Positions 28,147 through 38,167 are shown, counted from the stretch's first letter. The stretch is DNA of 64,000 nucleotides from Smithellaceae bacterium (GCA_963667845.2 CAXXVL010000001.1:768001-832000); one strand, 5' to 3'. Notes: generated from the letters alone by a model not told the origin. Numbers and translations: made by a program.

Positions 28147-30435
28147 TCAGAGAAGAGGCTTTATTTTCTGCTTTCGCACATGATTGCAGGCGCGGATCAC
28201 CGCAATAAAGAGAGGCACCACACCCAGGAGGATAAAGACAGCGTCCGCGGGCAGGCGCGCCCACTCGATCGTCCGCGAAATTCTCCGGTCGAGAAAGTCG
28301 GCGCTTCTGGCGTGCCAGTAGCCGTTTTCCAATACGTCCCAGAACTGCAGCACCCCGCCGGGGAAGAGGTTGCAGATCACCATCAGAGCCAAGCCGATAT
28401 TCAGCCCCCAGAAGGACACGCGAATGTAACGTTCCACGTGTCCCCATCGGTCATCCGGCAGGACCTGGCGCATGGCAAAAACCATGAACGCCACGGCGAA
28501 CATCCCGAAGACACCCATGAAGGCTGAATGGCCGTGGTTCGTTGTGAGCAGGGTCCCAACCTCAAAATAGCTGATAATGGGCGTGTTGATGAGAAATCCG
28601 AAGACGCCGGCTCCCACGAAGTTCCAGAAGCCGACCGCCATGAGAAAATAAAAAGTCCATTTGTGCGGGATCGAGATGGTTTTGCCGCAGATGTCGCAGG
28701 TGCCTCCCGACAGCTTAATGAAGTCCCAGGCATCCAGGGTCAGGAGAATGAGCGGCACGACCTCCAGGGCGGAAAACATGGCGGCCAGAGCCAGTGTGAT
28801 GCCGGGCTGTCCCGTCCAATACCAGTGATGTCCGGTTCCGACAATACCTCCCGCTAAAAACAGGATCGCATCAAGATAGATCACCCGCAGGGCCGTCACG
28901 CGGGTTACCATGCCCAGTTTATAGAAGAGGACGGCGATCATGGCCGTAACGAAGAGTTCGAAGAAACCCTCCACCCACAGATGAATGATCCAGAAGCGCC
29001 ACATATCGACGACGGAGAAATGGGTCTGCCCGGTGAAGAAAAGGGCCGGCAGATAAAAGAAGGGGATCGCCGCGGCCGTCAGAAGAAACAGGGTGGCAAT
29101 CTCGCCCTGTTCGCTGTCTTTTCGTGCCGATCCCACCGCTCTCACGATGAGGACAAACCACAGGACAAGCCCCGCGACCAGCGCCAGTTGCCAGGCCCGT
29201 CCGAGGTCAAGGTATTCCCATCCCTGATGGCCGAGCCAGAACCATGCTGTTCCCGTGAGCTGGAGGACGCCGAACATTTCGCCTGCGAGACTGCCAAAAA
29301 CGACTATGACCAAAGCCGCAAAAAGAAGGTTGATCCCGATCGTCTGCCCTTTCGGATCACTGCCGCGAAAAGACGTCGCGAGAAAGAGGCCGCCGGCAAC
29401 GTAGCTTGTCGCGATCCAGAAAATCGCGGTCTGCAAATGCCAGGTGCGGAAGATATTGCTGGAAAAAAACCGGGAGAAATCCAGTCCGTAAAAGCTTCCC
29501 GGATCAACCCGGTAATGCGCCGTTGCGCCTCCGACCAGGACCTGCACCAGAAAAAGAACCACCGCCACGGCAAAAAATTTTATGGTCGCCCGTTGTCCCC
29601 CGGTCGCCGCTCCGGGCAGGAGCTGCGGGTGAATATGTTTTCCCGTCCCTTTCCACCCGAGGAAGTTGAACTTGCCGAAGGCGAAGAGAATGGCCGCTGT
29701 TCCCACAAGCAGCATGACAAGGCTCAGCGCACTCCAGAGGTAGGTGTCCGGCGTCGGCTGATTGCCGACAACCGGATCATAGGGGAAATTGGCCGTATAG
29801 GAATAGTCCTTTCCCGGACGATTGGCGACGGACGCCCAGGCCGTCCAGGCGAAGAAGGCCGTCAGCTGCCTGATTTCTTCGGGGTCCGAAATGAGCCCCG
29901 TCAGAAGTCCCCGATTGACGGCGGGGTTTTTGAAATAGTCAGTCCATTCTCCGATTTGCTTCTGGTAGGATGCTGTCTCTGCCTTGGTGAAGAGGAGGGA
30001 ATCCGTGTCGGGGTGATAACGGTTCGTCTTCAGCAGTTCGCGAACGTCCGTCTGCAGGGAAGCGCGTTGAGTGGCCGTGAGGGATTCAGGTGGCAGGTCA
30101 TAGTGGGATCGGGAGAGCATATCCGCCGCGTGAACGGCCAGGCGGTGAAGATAGGCGGCCGAAAAGTCCGGACCGAGGTACCCTCCGTGTCCCCAGATCG
30201 TGCCGTTTTCCATCAACCCGTAGCGGAGAAAAACTTCCTGTCCGGCAAGAATGTCACCGCGTGTAAAGACGGTCCCGCCGGCGGGATTTAACACGGTCAG
30301 GGGAATCGGCGGAGCATTCCTGTGCGTCGTAACGGCTATGCCGACCAGAACGGCAAAGCCGCAAACGGTGATCAGAAGGACGGATCTCCTCCACCAGGGT
30401 GACAGTCTTTCCATGGGATTTTCCCGGGTGTTCAT
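28147..30435 (-). CDS. norZ: Quinol-dependent nitric oxide reductase (qNor)
   Basis: WGHGGYLGPDFSA, RTWHLQ, HLWVEGFFE, GTGHHWYW, LEVVPL, NHGHSAFMG. Confidence 0.93.
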   Translation of the reverse strand: MNTRENPMERLSPWWRRSVLLITVCGFAVLVGIAVTTHRNAPPIPLTVLNPAGGTVFTRGDILAGQEVFLRYGLMENGTIWGHGGYLGPDFSAAYLHRLAVHAADMLSRSHYDLPPESLTATQRASLQTDVRELLKTNRYHPDTDSLLFTKAETASYQKQIGEWTDYFKNPAVNRGLLTGLISDPEEIRQLTAFFAWTAWASVANRPGKDYSYTANFPYDPVVGNQPTPDTYLWSALSLVMLLVGTAAILFAFGKFNFLGWKGTGKHIHPQLLPGAATGGQRATIKFFAVAVVLFLVQVLVGGATAHYRVDPGSFYGLDFSRFFSSNIFRTWHLQTAIFWIATSYVAGGLFLATSFRGSDPKGQTIGINLLFAALVIVVFGSLAGEMFGVLQLTGTAWFWLGHQGWEYLDLGRAWQLALVAGLVLWFVLIVRAVGSARKDSEQGEIATLFLLTAAAIPFFYLPALFFTGQTHFSVVDMWRFWIIHLWVEGFFELFVTAMIAVLFYKLGMVTRVTALRVIYLDAILFLAGGIVGTGHHWYWTGQPGITLALAAMFSALEVVPLILLTLDAWDFIKLSGGTCDICGKTISIPHKWTFYFLMAVGFWNFVGAGVFGFLINTPIISYFEVGTLLTTNHGHSAFMGVFGMFAVAFMVFAMRQVLPDDRWGHVERYIRVSFWGLNIGLALMVICNLFPGGVLQFWDVLENGYWHARSADFLDRRISRTIEWARLPADAVFILLGVVPLFIAVIRACNHVRKQKIKPLL

Positions 30436-30506
30436 GTCTTCACCTCCACGGCGTTTCTTCCACTGTGAGAACGGACATACACGCGCGGCGGACTTAACCT
30501 GCGGAT

Positions 30507-31415
30507 TTACGGTGCGTAATGACCGGAAATGCGCAATATCCCGTCGAGCGTCATGGCCAGCATGATCAGCAATATGTAGTAATTCGTCTGCCTGAACAGA
30601 CCCGCGTAATCGCTCCGGCGTTTACCGATAAAGGCCATCCCCCGGATCAAAAGCCAGGCGGAGGCGGCAATCACCGCCGCCTTGGTGATCGGCAGGCGAA
30701 AGAGGCCGAACAAAATCACAAGCTCAGCGCTGACGACTGCTGCGCACAGCCACTGGAAGGCAATCCTTCTGAGCTGACTTTCCGTGAATGCCGTGGAAAG
30801 GGTGGGAAGGCCTGCCTTTTCATATTCCTTTCCACAGGCCAGTATGTGCAGAATGAAGTGGGATAACTGCCACATGAAGAAGAAAAAACAAAGCCCCGCC
30901 AGGCCGGCATCAAGGATGCTTCCGCCTCCGGCAAGCCAGCCCATGGCCGGCGGGATGGCGCCGACCAGCGCGCCCGGGATGGCGGCATAGCGGCTGCGGG
31001 CCTTAAGCCACGTGTAGAAACCGTTGTACCAGAAGATGGCGGCAAGCCCGAGAAGCGCGACGGCAGGCTTTTCCGTGACGGTCAGCAAGCCGCACCCCAA
31101 TGCGATCAATACAACGGACAGGGCCAGGGCGGCCGCGGGTTCAAGTCTTCCCGCCGGCAGGGGACGGCCGGCCGTCCGGGCCATCAGCGCATCGACGCGG
31201 CGCTCCTCGTAATGGTTCAGTGCGCCCGCGCCCGACGCTGTGAACAAAACGCCTAAAGCCAGCACCGGGAGGACAACCCATCGAGGGGTGTCAACCAGCA
31301 TAAATCCGCTCACGGCGGAAAAGGCCGAAAAAAGTGAAATCTGCGGCTTGCACAGGCTGAACATGCTGGGAAAATAGTTCCGGAGAAGAGGCGGGCTGAG
31401 CGTTTGTTCCGTCAT
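30507..31415 (-). CDS. ctaB: Protoheme IX farnesyltransferase (heme o synthase)
   Basis: LCKP, ALNHYEERRVDALMARTAGRPLPAG, YTWLK, GAIPP, WQLSHF. Confidence 0.9.
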   Translation of the reverse strand: MTEQTLSPPLLRNYFPSMFSLCKPQISLFSAFSAVSGFMLVDTPRWVVLPVLALGVLFTASGAGALNHYEERRVDALMARTAGRPLPAGRLEPAAALALSVVLIALGCGLLTVTEKPAVALLGLAAIFWYNGFYTWLKARSRYAAIPGALVGAIPPAMGWLAGGGSILDAGLAGLCFFFFMWQLSHFILHILACGKEYEKAGLPTLSTAFTESQLRRIAFQWLCAAVVSAELVILFGLFRLPITKAAVIAASAWLLIRGMAFIGKRRSDYAGLFRQTNYYILLIMLAMTLDGILRISGHYAP

Positions 31416-32329
31416 TATTTTAACGCCTCCAGGTAGACGGTGATGGTTTTAAGTTCCGAATCCGTCATGGGGATTTTGGGCATGATCGGGGGATATCCTT
31501 TGACCGTGGCCGCCTGAGGTTCCAGAATATGCTTCTGGATATAGGCCGCATCGACTGTTACCTCCTTCTCCGCCCCCGCGGCTATTACCGTTTCCCTGCG
31601 ACCCATCAGGCTTTTAAACGTCGGGCCGATCTTGGCCGATCCGTCCAGGGAATGACAGCCCAGGCATCCTTTGGCCTGCAGAATCTTCGGCCCGAGGTCC
31701 GCGGGAGTTTTGCCCTCGGGCGTATTCAGCCACCTGGCGAAGTTCTCCGCCGACACAACGTTCACCTTCGAGCGCATGTGAGAGTGGCCCAGCCCGCAGT
31801 ACTCGGTGCAGAAAAGATCATACGAACCCGTTTCGTCCGCGGTGAACCACAGATGGGTCTTCATGCCGGGAACGCAGTCCTCCTTGATCCGGAAAGCGGG
31901 AATGAATAGACTGTGAATGACGTCGGCCGAAGTCAGCACCAGCTTCACCGGCTTGCCCAGCGGGACATAGAGCACATCGCTCTGTTTGCCGTTTGTGTAC
32001 TCGAAAAGCCACGACCACTGGCGGGCCGTAACATCAATCGCCAGCGCGTCTTTCGGCGGGTTGCGGATGTAGTCGAAATCCACCCAGCCGAAATAGAACA
32101 TGAACAGGACCAGGATTGTGGGAATGACGGTCCAGGCGATCTCGAGGGCCACATTTTCCTTAACGCGCTCCGGCCTTGCGTGCCGGTCGCGGTTATACTT
32201 GATGAGGAAGACGATCATCGTGACCGTCACCAGAGTCAGCAGGACGACGCAGCAGACCACGATGAAGAGGAAGGCGTCTTCCACTTTTCCCGCGGTATTG
32301 GAAGGTCCCAGAAACATCGCAAACCTCAT
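31415..32329 (-). CDS. coxB: Cytochrome c oxidase subunit II with fused cytochrome c
   Basis: LEIAWTVIP, QWSW, DVIHS and CTEYCGLGHSHM CuA ligands; C-terminal CLGCH heme c motif. Confidence 0.93.
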   Translation of the reverse strand: MRFAMFLGPSNTAGKVEDAFLFIVVCCVVLLTLVTVTMIVFLIKYNRDRHARPERVKENVALEIAWTVIPTILVLFMFYFGWVDFDYIRNPPKDALAIDVTARQWSWLFEYTNGKQSDVLYVPLGKPVKLVLTSADVIHSLFIPAFRIKEDCVPGMKTHLWFTADETGSYDLFCTEYCGLGHSHMRSKVNVVSAENFARWLNTPEGKTPADLGPKILQAKGCLGCHSLDGSAKIGPTFKSLMGRRETVIAAGAEKEVTVDAAYIQKHILEPQAATVKGYPPIMPKIPMTDSELKTITVYLEALK

Positions 32330-32619
32330 CTCAGCCAGATGTCGGCGTACAGAAGCCCTATGAGCACTGTCAGGGCGAAAAGCGCCGTCATCAGCATAAT
32401 CTTTAAAAAACGGCCTTCATCTTTTAAATGCATGAAGAAGGCCAGAACCAATCCCGCTTTGACGGCCGCGATTGCCAGAGATCCCAGAACGCTGAATTGC
32501 GCCAAGAGCTGCAGTTTGGCTACGGCGATGGTCGCTGCCAGCAGGCCCAGCAGAACAAGCCACACGGCGATATAGGTACGGGCTGGAGAAGCGGCGTTTT
32601 CAGAATAGCGGTCGGTCAT
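32326..32619 (-). CDS. coxD: Cytochrome c oxidase subunit IV
   Basis: IAAVKAGLVLAFFMHLK; 3 TM segments. Confidence 0.88.
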   Translation of the reverse strand: MTDRYSENAASPARTYIAVWLVLLGLLAATIAVAKLQLLAQFSVLGSLAIAAVKAGLVLAFFMHLKDEGRFLKIMLMTALFALTVLIGLLYADIWLR

Positions 32620-32628
32620 GGCATTCCC

Positions 32629-33234
32629 TCATGTAACCAGATAAAAAAGCGGATAAAGAAAGATCCAGACAATATCCACAAAATGCCAGTAAAGGCCGGT
32701 GTTCGCAAGCCTTACCGCGCGCGTCTGATCGATCACCCCGCGCCTGGTAAAATAGATCATGAAGCAAATAACGATGCAGCCCACCAAAACGTGCAGCCCA
32801 TGCAGACCGGTCATCATGTAGTAAAGGCCGAAGAACATCGTCTGCCCGGGCCCCAGGGCGAGGAGCGCCGGCGAATCCGGGTAGATGCCCTGGATGATCT
32901 TTCCACTCCATTCGACATACTTGATGATCAAAAAGACCACTCCCATCAAAACCGTCGCGGCCTGAAGCGCGATCGACCGGGTCGTCTTTCCGGCGCGGAT
33001 GGCCCAAATCGCCAGCGCGATCGCGAGGCTGCTCGTGAGCAGGATCGCGGTGTTCACCGTTCCCAAAACCAGGTTTTCCTCCGCGGCTGCTGCGTGAAAG
33101 GCGGCGGCATACTTGAAACGGTAAGCGGCATACAAGAGGAACATGCCTCCAAAGAAGAGAATCTCGGTGAAGAGGAAGAACCACATCCCCATGGTCTTCC
33201 CTTCGAGATCAATATGTTCCGCCGCGTCGTTCAC
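32629..33234 (-). CDS. coxC: Cytochrome c oxidase subunit III
   Basis: GMWFFLFTEILFFGG, NTAILLTSS, TGLHGLHV, LYWHFVDIVW. Confidence 0.93.
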   Translation of the reverse strand: MNDAAEHIDLEGKTMGMWFFLFTEILFFGGMFLLYAAYRFKYAAAFHAAAAEENLVLGTVNTAILLTSSLAIALAIWAIRAGKTTRSIALQAATVLMGVVFLIIKYVEWSGKIIQGIYPDSPALLALGPGQTMFFGLYYMMTGLHGLHVLVGCIVICFMIYFTRRGVIDQTRAVRLANTGLYWHFVDIVWIFLYPLFYLVT

Positions 33235-33236
33235 AT

Positions 33237-34874
33237 TTACTCCCTCAAGGCTTCGTCTTCATAATCGTAGGGTCTTTTGCTCACCGTCGGCAGTGTGGCA
33301 AAGTTTTCGGCCGGAGGTGGCGAAGCAACGGTCCATTCCAGCGTTTTCCCTCCCCACGGATTGGCGGGTGCGCGCGCACCCTTTACGGCTGACCGGACAA
33401 GGTTGACGAAGATGATCGCAATGCCGATGGCGAGAAACCAGGAGCCCACGGTGGAGATGATGTGGTTCATTTGATACTGCGGCGGATAGTCGAAATACCG
33501 CCTGGGCATTCCCTGGAAGCCGAGGACGAACATGCTGAAATAGAGAATATTAAAGCCGACAAACAAATTCAGCCAGCCGATCTTGGCATATTTTTCAGAA
33601 TACATCCGGCCCGTGATCTTGGGAAACCAGTAGTGCAGCGCCGCCAGAATGGAAAAGCCCGCGCCGCCGAACATCACATAATGAAAATGGCCGACGATGA
33701 AGTAGGTGCCGTGGAGATGCAGGTTGGTCGCCAGTGCCCCGATGATGAGTCCGGTGAGCCCGCCGATGGAAAACAGAAAAATGAAAGACACGGCGAAGAG
33801 AAGCGGGGCGTCGAGGCGGATGGCGCCTTTATAAAGGGTGGAAACCCAGTTGAAAATTTTGATGCCGCTGGGAACCGCAACCAGAAAAGAAACAAAGGAG
33901 AAAATGACGCGGGCCGTGTCGCTCATCCCGCTGGTAAACATGTGGTGCCCCCACACGGCGTAACCGACAACCGCGATGCCGAGCGCCGAGAGGCAGACTG
34001 CGGTATAGCCGAACAGGGCCCGCCGCGAAAAGACCGGTATGATTTCGCTGATGATTCCCATAGCCGGGAGAACCATGATGTAGACGGCGGGGTGGGAGTA
34101 CATCCAGAAGAGGTGTTCATAGAGAATCGGATCGCCGCCTTTCGTCGGATCGAAAAATCCGACGCCGACGAACCGGCCCAGGACGATGAACAGCAGCGTG
34201 ATGGCGAGCACCGGTGTGGCGAGCATCTGAACCCAGCCGGTGGCATAGAGCGTCCAGGCAAAAGCCGGCATGCGGAACCACGTCATGCCCGGCGCGCGCA
34301 TACGGTGAATCGTTGTGACGAAGTTGAGCCCGGTGAGGATTGAGGAAAATCCCAGGACAAAGACGCCGAAGACGGCAATGGATACGTTGGCCGGCGTCTG
34401 AATGCTGTAAGGTGCATAAAAGGTCCAGCCCGTGTCGGCGGGCCTGCCGGGCAGAATGAGCGAGAGCACAATGATGATGGCTCCCGTCACATAGAGCCAC
34501 CACGAAAGGCGGTTGATTCTGGGGAAAGCCACGTCCTGCGCGCCGATGAGCAGCGGCAGAAAGATATTGCCGAAGGCGACGGGAATTCCGGGAATGATGA
34601 ACAGGAAGATCTGGATGACGCCGTGGAGTGTGAAGAATTCGTTGTAGGTCTGCTGGTTCATGAGCCAGCCGGGGTTGAGCAGGCTCAGGCGAATCGAGAA
34701 GCCCAGGATGACGCCGACGGAAAAGAAGGACAGCAGCGCCATGAGATACATGACGCCGATCCGCTTATGGTCGGTGGACATCATCCATTCCACAATGCGC
34801 CAGCGGTATTTTCCGGACCGCTGATAAAATCCGGCATCTGTATGCACGTCAGAGATCTCGGCCATATCAGGCAT
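33237..34874 (-). CDS. coxA: Heme-copper O2 reductase subunit I, A2 type
   Basis: TDHKRIG, TLHG, DVAFPR, GWTFY, WMYSHPAVY (YS = A2), WGHHMF, GIK, HFHYV, GMPRR. Confidence 0.95.
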   Translation of the reverse strand: MPDMAEISDVHTDAGFYQRSGKYRWRIVEWMMSTDHKRIGVMYLMALLSFFSVGVILGFSIRLSLLNPGWLMNQQTYNEFFTLHGVIQIFLFIIPGIPVAFGNIFLPLLIGAQDVAFPRINRLSWWLYVTGAIIIVLSLILPGRPADTGWTFYAPYSIQTPANVSIAVFGVFVLGFSSILTGLNFVTTIHRMRAPGMTWFRMPAFAWTLYATGWVQMLATPVLAITLLFIVLGRFVGVGFFDPTKGGDPILYEHLFWMYSHPAVYIMVLPAMGIISEIIPVFSRRALFGYTAVCLSALGIAVVGYAVWGHHMFTSGMSDTARVIFSFVSFLVAVPSGIKIFNWVSTLYKGAIRLDAPLLFAVSFIFLFSIGGLTGLIIGALATNLHLHGTYFIVGHFHYVMFGGAGFSILAALHYWFPKITGRMYSEKYAKIGWLNLFVGFNILYFSMFVLGFQGMPRRYFDYPPQYQMNHIISTVGSWFLAIGIAIIFVNLVRSAVKGARAPANPWGGKTLEWTVASPPPAENFATLPTVSKRPYDYEDEALRE

Positions 34875-35691
34875 CCCTCCGATATTTTTTTGACGTCAGC
34901 TGGAGGTAGACAAAGAAGGCGGCCATTGCCAGAAGGGTGATGAGGCCGATGATGCCGATGAAATAGAAGAACTTGCTCTGACCGGGCGGTTCATGGGAAA
35001 AGCAATACAGAAGTGCACGTTTCAATTCCGTGACGGGCTTCCCCTGGGCGGCTTCGGCAAGGGCCACATTCAGGTCGAAAGACGAGAAGGTAACCGGATA
35101 GGCTGCGCCGTAATCATACTTCGTGACGGAAAAATACCGCGATATCTTTCCTTCGGGAGACAGGAAAATCAGCACGACGGGATGAGTAAATCCATGAACA
35201 TCCTGGCGATACCGGAATCCGACGGCATCCGTCAGCCGATCGATGTTTCGATGATCGCCCGTCAGGAAAGTCCATCCGTCGGATGGGACGCCGTCCTCTG
35301 ACGCTTTCAAATAATTTCGCTTAATGTTGGCGGCGATCTGCGGCGTATCCGTCGGATCGAAGCTGACGCTCACAACCCGGTAGTCCTTGCCGGCCGCAGA
35401 GGCCAGCCTGGGGAGAGCCGCGGCCAGGCCCGCAAGCAGCTGAGGACAGATGTGTTCACAGGTGAAATAGACGAGCGTCAGGATCACGGGCTTTCCCAGG
35501 AGATCGCGAAGTTCTATCTTTTGTCCCTTTTCGTCGATAAAGGTGATATCGGCGGGGAGCGTCTGTCCCGTCTTTTCGGTGATGCCGATTTCACCTTTGG
35601 CCAACGCTTCCGTATCCAGTGTTTCATGCGCATAGCCGCTGCCGGTACAGAGGAGCGACCAAAAAATCAGAACCCATAGAAGCTTCTTCAT
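34867..35691 (-). CDS. SCO/SenC copper chaperone
   Basis: YFTCEHICP (CxxxC), VSFDP, WTFLTG, conserved His (FTHP). Confidence 0.88.
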   Translation of the reverse strand: MKKLLWVLIFWSLLCTGSGYAHETLDTEALAKGEIGITEKTGQTLPADITFIDEKGQKIELRDLLGKPVILTLVYFTCEHICPQLLAGLAAALPRLASAAGKDYRVVSVSFDPTDTPQIAANIKRNYLKASEDGVPSDGWTFLTGDHRNIDRLTDAVGFRYRQDVHGFTHPVVLIFLSPEGKISRYFSVTKYDYGAAYPVTFSSFDLNVALAEAAQGKPVTELKRALLYCFSHEPPGQSKFFYFIGIIGLITLLAMAAFFVYLQLTSKKYRRDA

Positions 35692-37631
35692 TCATTTCCT
35701 CCTTTTTCCCGCCGCTTTCCCAGACCTCCGAATTGCCACCAGCCGAAGAGATTGAGATAGGCGAGAGCAAAAACAAAGGCCGTAATAATAAGAAAAATGT
35801 CCGGGGCGATCCCGGGATCATTAATTCTTGCCCGATCGACTCCGTTGAGGCTGAGGATGTAGGCTTCCAGATCGGCAATCTGCTGCTGGGTCAGGGCATT
35901 AGTATCTCCGAACGGGAGCATGGAAAGCTGCGGACCGGGGCCGGCCGGACGCGATCCGTGCTGAATGTAGCGGTCGATATTGGTGACGAAGGTCTTCTGC
36001 TCCGGGCTGAATTCGTCGGCCGCGATCGGGTTCAGCGAAGGAACTGTACCGTCGGTTGACCCGGGATTGGCGATTTTGCCTTTTCCCTCGCTCCCGTGAC
36101 ATGATGTGCATGTCTTTTCGAAGACAATGGAGCCGTGATCGGCGCTGCCGATGATTGTCACGGCTACGCCGGGTGCGCCGTGAGGACCGACCGTGGTTGC
36201 GGCAGCGGGCGGGGCCGGAGATGCCGCGGCGACGGATGCTGCTGCTTTTTGAGCGAGCAGGAAATCAATTAACTGCGCGACGGCAGCGGGGCTCATTGCC
36301 GTTTGCGCCGGCATGATCGAGGATGGATTATGGGATTTCGGATTCATGAGCTGCTCGGTGATCCATTCCCGGGAATGGCCCTTGAGGCCTTCTCCCGAGA
36401 GATCCGGCCCGATGGACCCGCCGGTTTGGCCGATGCGATGGCAGGCCACGCAGCCCTGTGACTGGAAAAGATCATGGCCTGCTTTTTCGGAAGCGGAAAG
36501 GTCCGCGGGTTTAGCACCTGCGGACTTTGCAGCCAAAGGCGCGGGCGGTGCCTGCGGTTGTCCCGCTGGAGTTCCGAGCCCTTCCGTCTGGCTCAGTGCG
36601 CCGGCCAGTGTGAGGGTGATAAAGCCTGCGACGGCGATCACCCATCCGGCCATGGCTAAAGGCCGCCGGAAGGGCCGCCGCTCCGGATCGCGATCGAAGA
36701 AGGGGATGCTAAGCAGCAGCAATGTTCCGATAAGCGGAATGCCCGCGGTGGCGATGATTTCGAGATGTCCGGGAAAGAACTTCAGTGCCTCATAAAAAAA
36801 GAGAAAGTTCCACTCGGGCTTGGGAATATAAGACGCGTCCAGCGGGTCCGCCATCCCGGCATAAGGAGGTGGAAAGAGAACGGTAAGCGCCACCAGAATA
36901 AAGATGACAGCACTTGCCGCCAGGCCGTCCTTAAAGACCTGGTCGGGCCAGAAAGGTCCTGAGAGCGTCCGTTTCCGCTCATCCCAGGGGCCCGCATTGC
37001 CGACTTTCCTGAGCGCCACCAGGTGCACCGCGGCCAGGGCGAAAAGCGCGCCCGAGACGATGGCGGCATGCCCAATGAAAAAACGGGAAAGCGTCAGCTG
37101 GCCGATGACGCCGCCTGCCAGCATAAGTTGTTTGATCAGGTCGCCGACCAGCGGCATGCTGCCGGCGGCACTGGCGGCGACTTCAATGAGCCAGTAACTG
37201 CGCTTGTCCCAGGGCAGCGCGCCGCCGGTCAGGCTCATGACCATGGTCAGAAGAAACAGGAAGACGCCTGTTACCCATTGCAGTTCATGAGGCCGCTTGT
37301 AAGCTCCCCAGATAAACACCTGCGACATATGCAGCAGAACACAGACGACCATCGCATTGGCGCCCCAGTAGTGGAGCCCGTGGATGAGCCAGCCCAGCGG
37401 AACCTCCGTGCGCAGATAATTCAGACTGTTGTAACCCTGGGTAAGGGTCGGTACATAATAAAAGAGCTGCCAGATTCCCGTGACGACCTGCAGAAGAAAC
37501 AGGATCAGGGCCGCGCTGCCGAACACATAGGCAAAGCTTGCCCCGCCTGCCATATCTTCCTCGAGTGCCAGGCGGGCAAACGGCGTGAGCGGCCATCGTT
37601 CATTGATCCATTGAAAAAAACGGGAGAACAT
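35688..37631 (-). CDS. Cytochrome b (b6 + subunit IV-like) fused to two cytochrome c domains
   Basis: LHYWGAN..LLHMSQ, GHAA...VHL b-heme ligands, PKPEWNF Qo motif, CVACH and CTSCH. Confidence 0.9.
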   Translation of the reverse strand: MFSRFFQWINERWPLTPFARLALEEDMAGGASFAYVFGSAALILFLLQVVTGIWQLFYYVPTLTQGYNSLNYLRTEVPLGWLIHGLHYWGANAMVVCVLLHMSQVFIWGAYKRPHELQWVTGVFLFLLTMVMSLTGGALPWDKRSYWLIEVAASAAGSMPLVGDLIKQLMLAGGVIGQLTLSRFFIGHAAIVSGALFALAAVHLVALRKVGNAGPWDERKRTLSGPFWPDQVFKDGLAASAVIFILVALTVLFPPPYAGMADPLDASYIPKPEWNFLFFYEALKFFPGHLEIIATAGIPLIGTLLLLSIPFFDRDPERRPFRRPLAMAGWVIAVAGFITLTLAGALSQTEGLGTPAGQPQAPPAPLAAKSAGAKPADLSASEKAGHDLFQSQGCVACHRIGQTGGSIGPDLSGEGLKGHSREWITEQLMNPKSHNPSSIMPAQTAMSPAAVAQLIDFLLAQKAAASVAAASPAPPAAATTVGPHGAPGVAVTIIGSADHGSIVFEKTCTSCHGSEGKGKIANPGSTDGTVPSLNPIAADEFSPEQKTFVTNIDRYIQHGSRPAGPGPQLSMLPFGDTNALTQQQIADLEAYILSLNGVDRARINDPGIAPDIFLIITAFVFALAYLNLFGWWQFGGLGKRREKGGNE

Positions 37632-37639
37632 CGGGCCTC

Positions 37640-38167
37640 CTAGACGGGTATTTTTTGGGCGATGCCGCTGCGGAATTGCTGCCAGTCGACCGAAAGACTC
37701 CCCTGTTCAATGCGCGTGGCGAGCGCGTCGAGCGGCCGCGGCGCCGGACCGCCCAGGACTTTTCCTTCGGGTGAATAGACGCTGCCGTGGCAGGGGCACT
37801 CAAAATGCCCGCTTGCGGCGTTCCAGTTAAACTGGCAGCCGAGATGCGGACAGGTCGGCGAAAAAGCCGTTACCGCCGAATCGCTGTGCTTGATGACCCA
37901 GAGGCGGCGGACGACGGATTCCTGCAGGTAAGCGTCCGTCTCCACGTCTGCGGCCGTAAGACCGACAGGCCGGCCTGCGGGCAGGTCCTTGAGATCAGCG
38001 ACCCTGATCCAGTGATTGGAACTGGTCTTTCTGGGACCGATGAAGGATCCGACAAGGGGGATTCCCACAATCGCACCGCATACGGCGGCCAGGATCCCGG
38101 TGGCCCAAATCATAAATTGCCGGCGCGAGCTTTCATTGGTTGTAACTGCCGATTTTGCGTCTTCCAT
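37640..38167 (-). CDS. Rieske [2Fe-2S] subunit
   Basis: SRRQFM Tat anchor, CPHLGC, CPCHGSVY, GGPAPRPL. Confidence 0.93.
   Translation of the reverse strand: MEDAKSAVTTNESSRRQFMIWATGILAAVCGAIVGIPLVGSFIGPRKTSSNHWIRVADLKDLPAGRPVGLTAADVETDAYLQESVVRRLWVIKHSDSAVTAFSPTCPHLGCQFNWNAASGHFECPCHGSVYSPEGKVLGGPAPRPLDALATRIEQGSLSVDWQQFRSGIAQKIPV

Noticed and set aside
28147..30435. qNor as an NO dismutase (Nod) supplying O2 to the adjacent oxidase
   Set aside because: The active-site motifs are canonical qNor (HLWVEGFFE, GHHWYW, LEVVPL); the His and Glu substitutions typical of Nod are absent
37480..37560. Covalent heme ci site in cytochrome b
   Set aside because: The equivalent segment FAYVFGS has no cysteine
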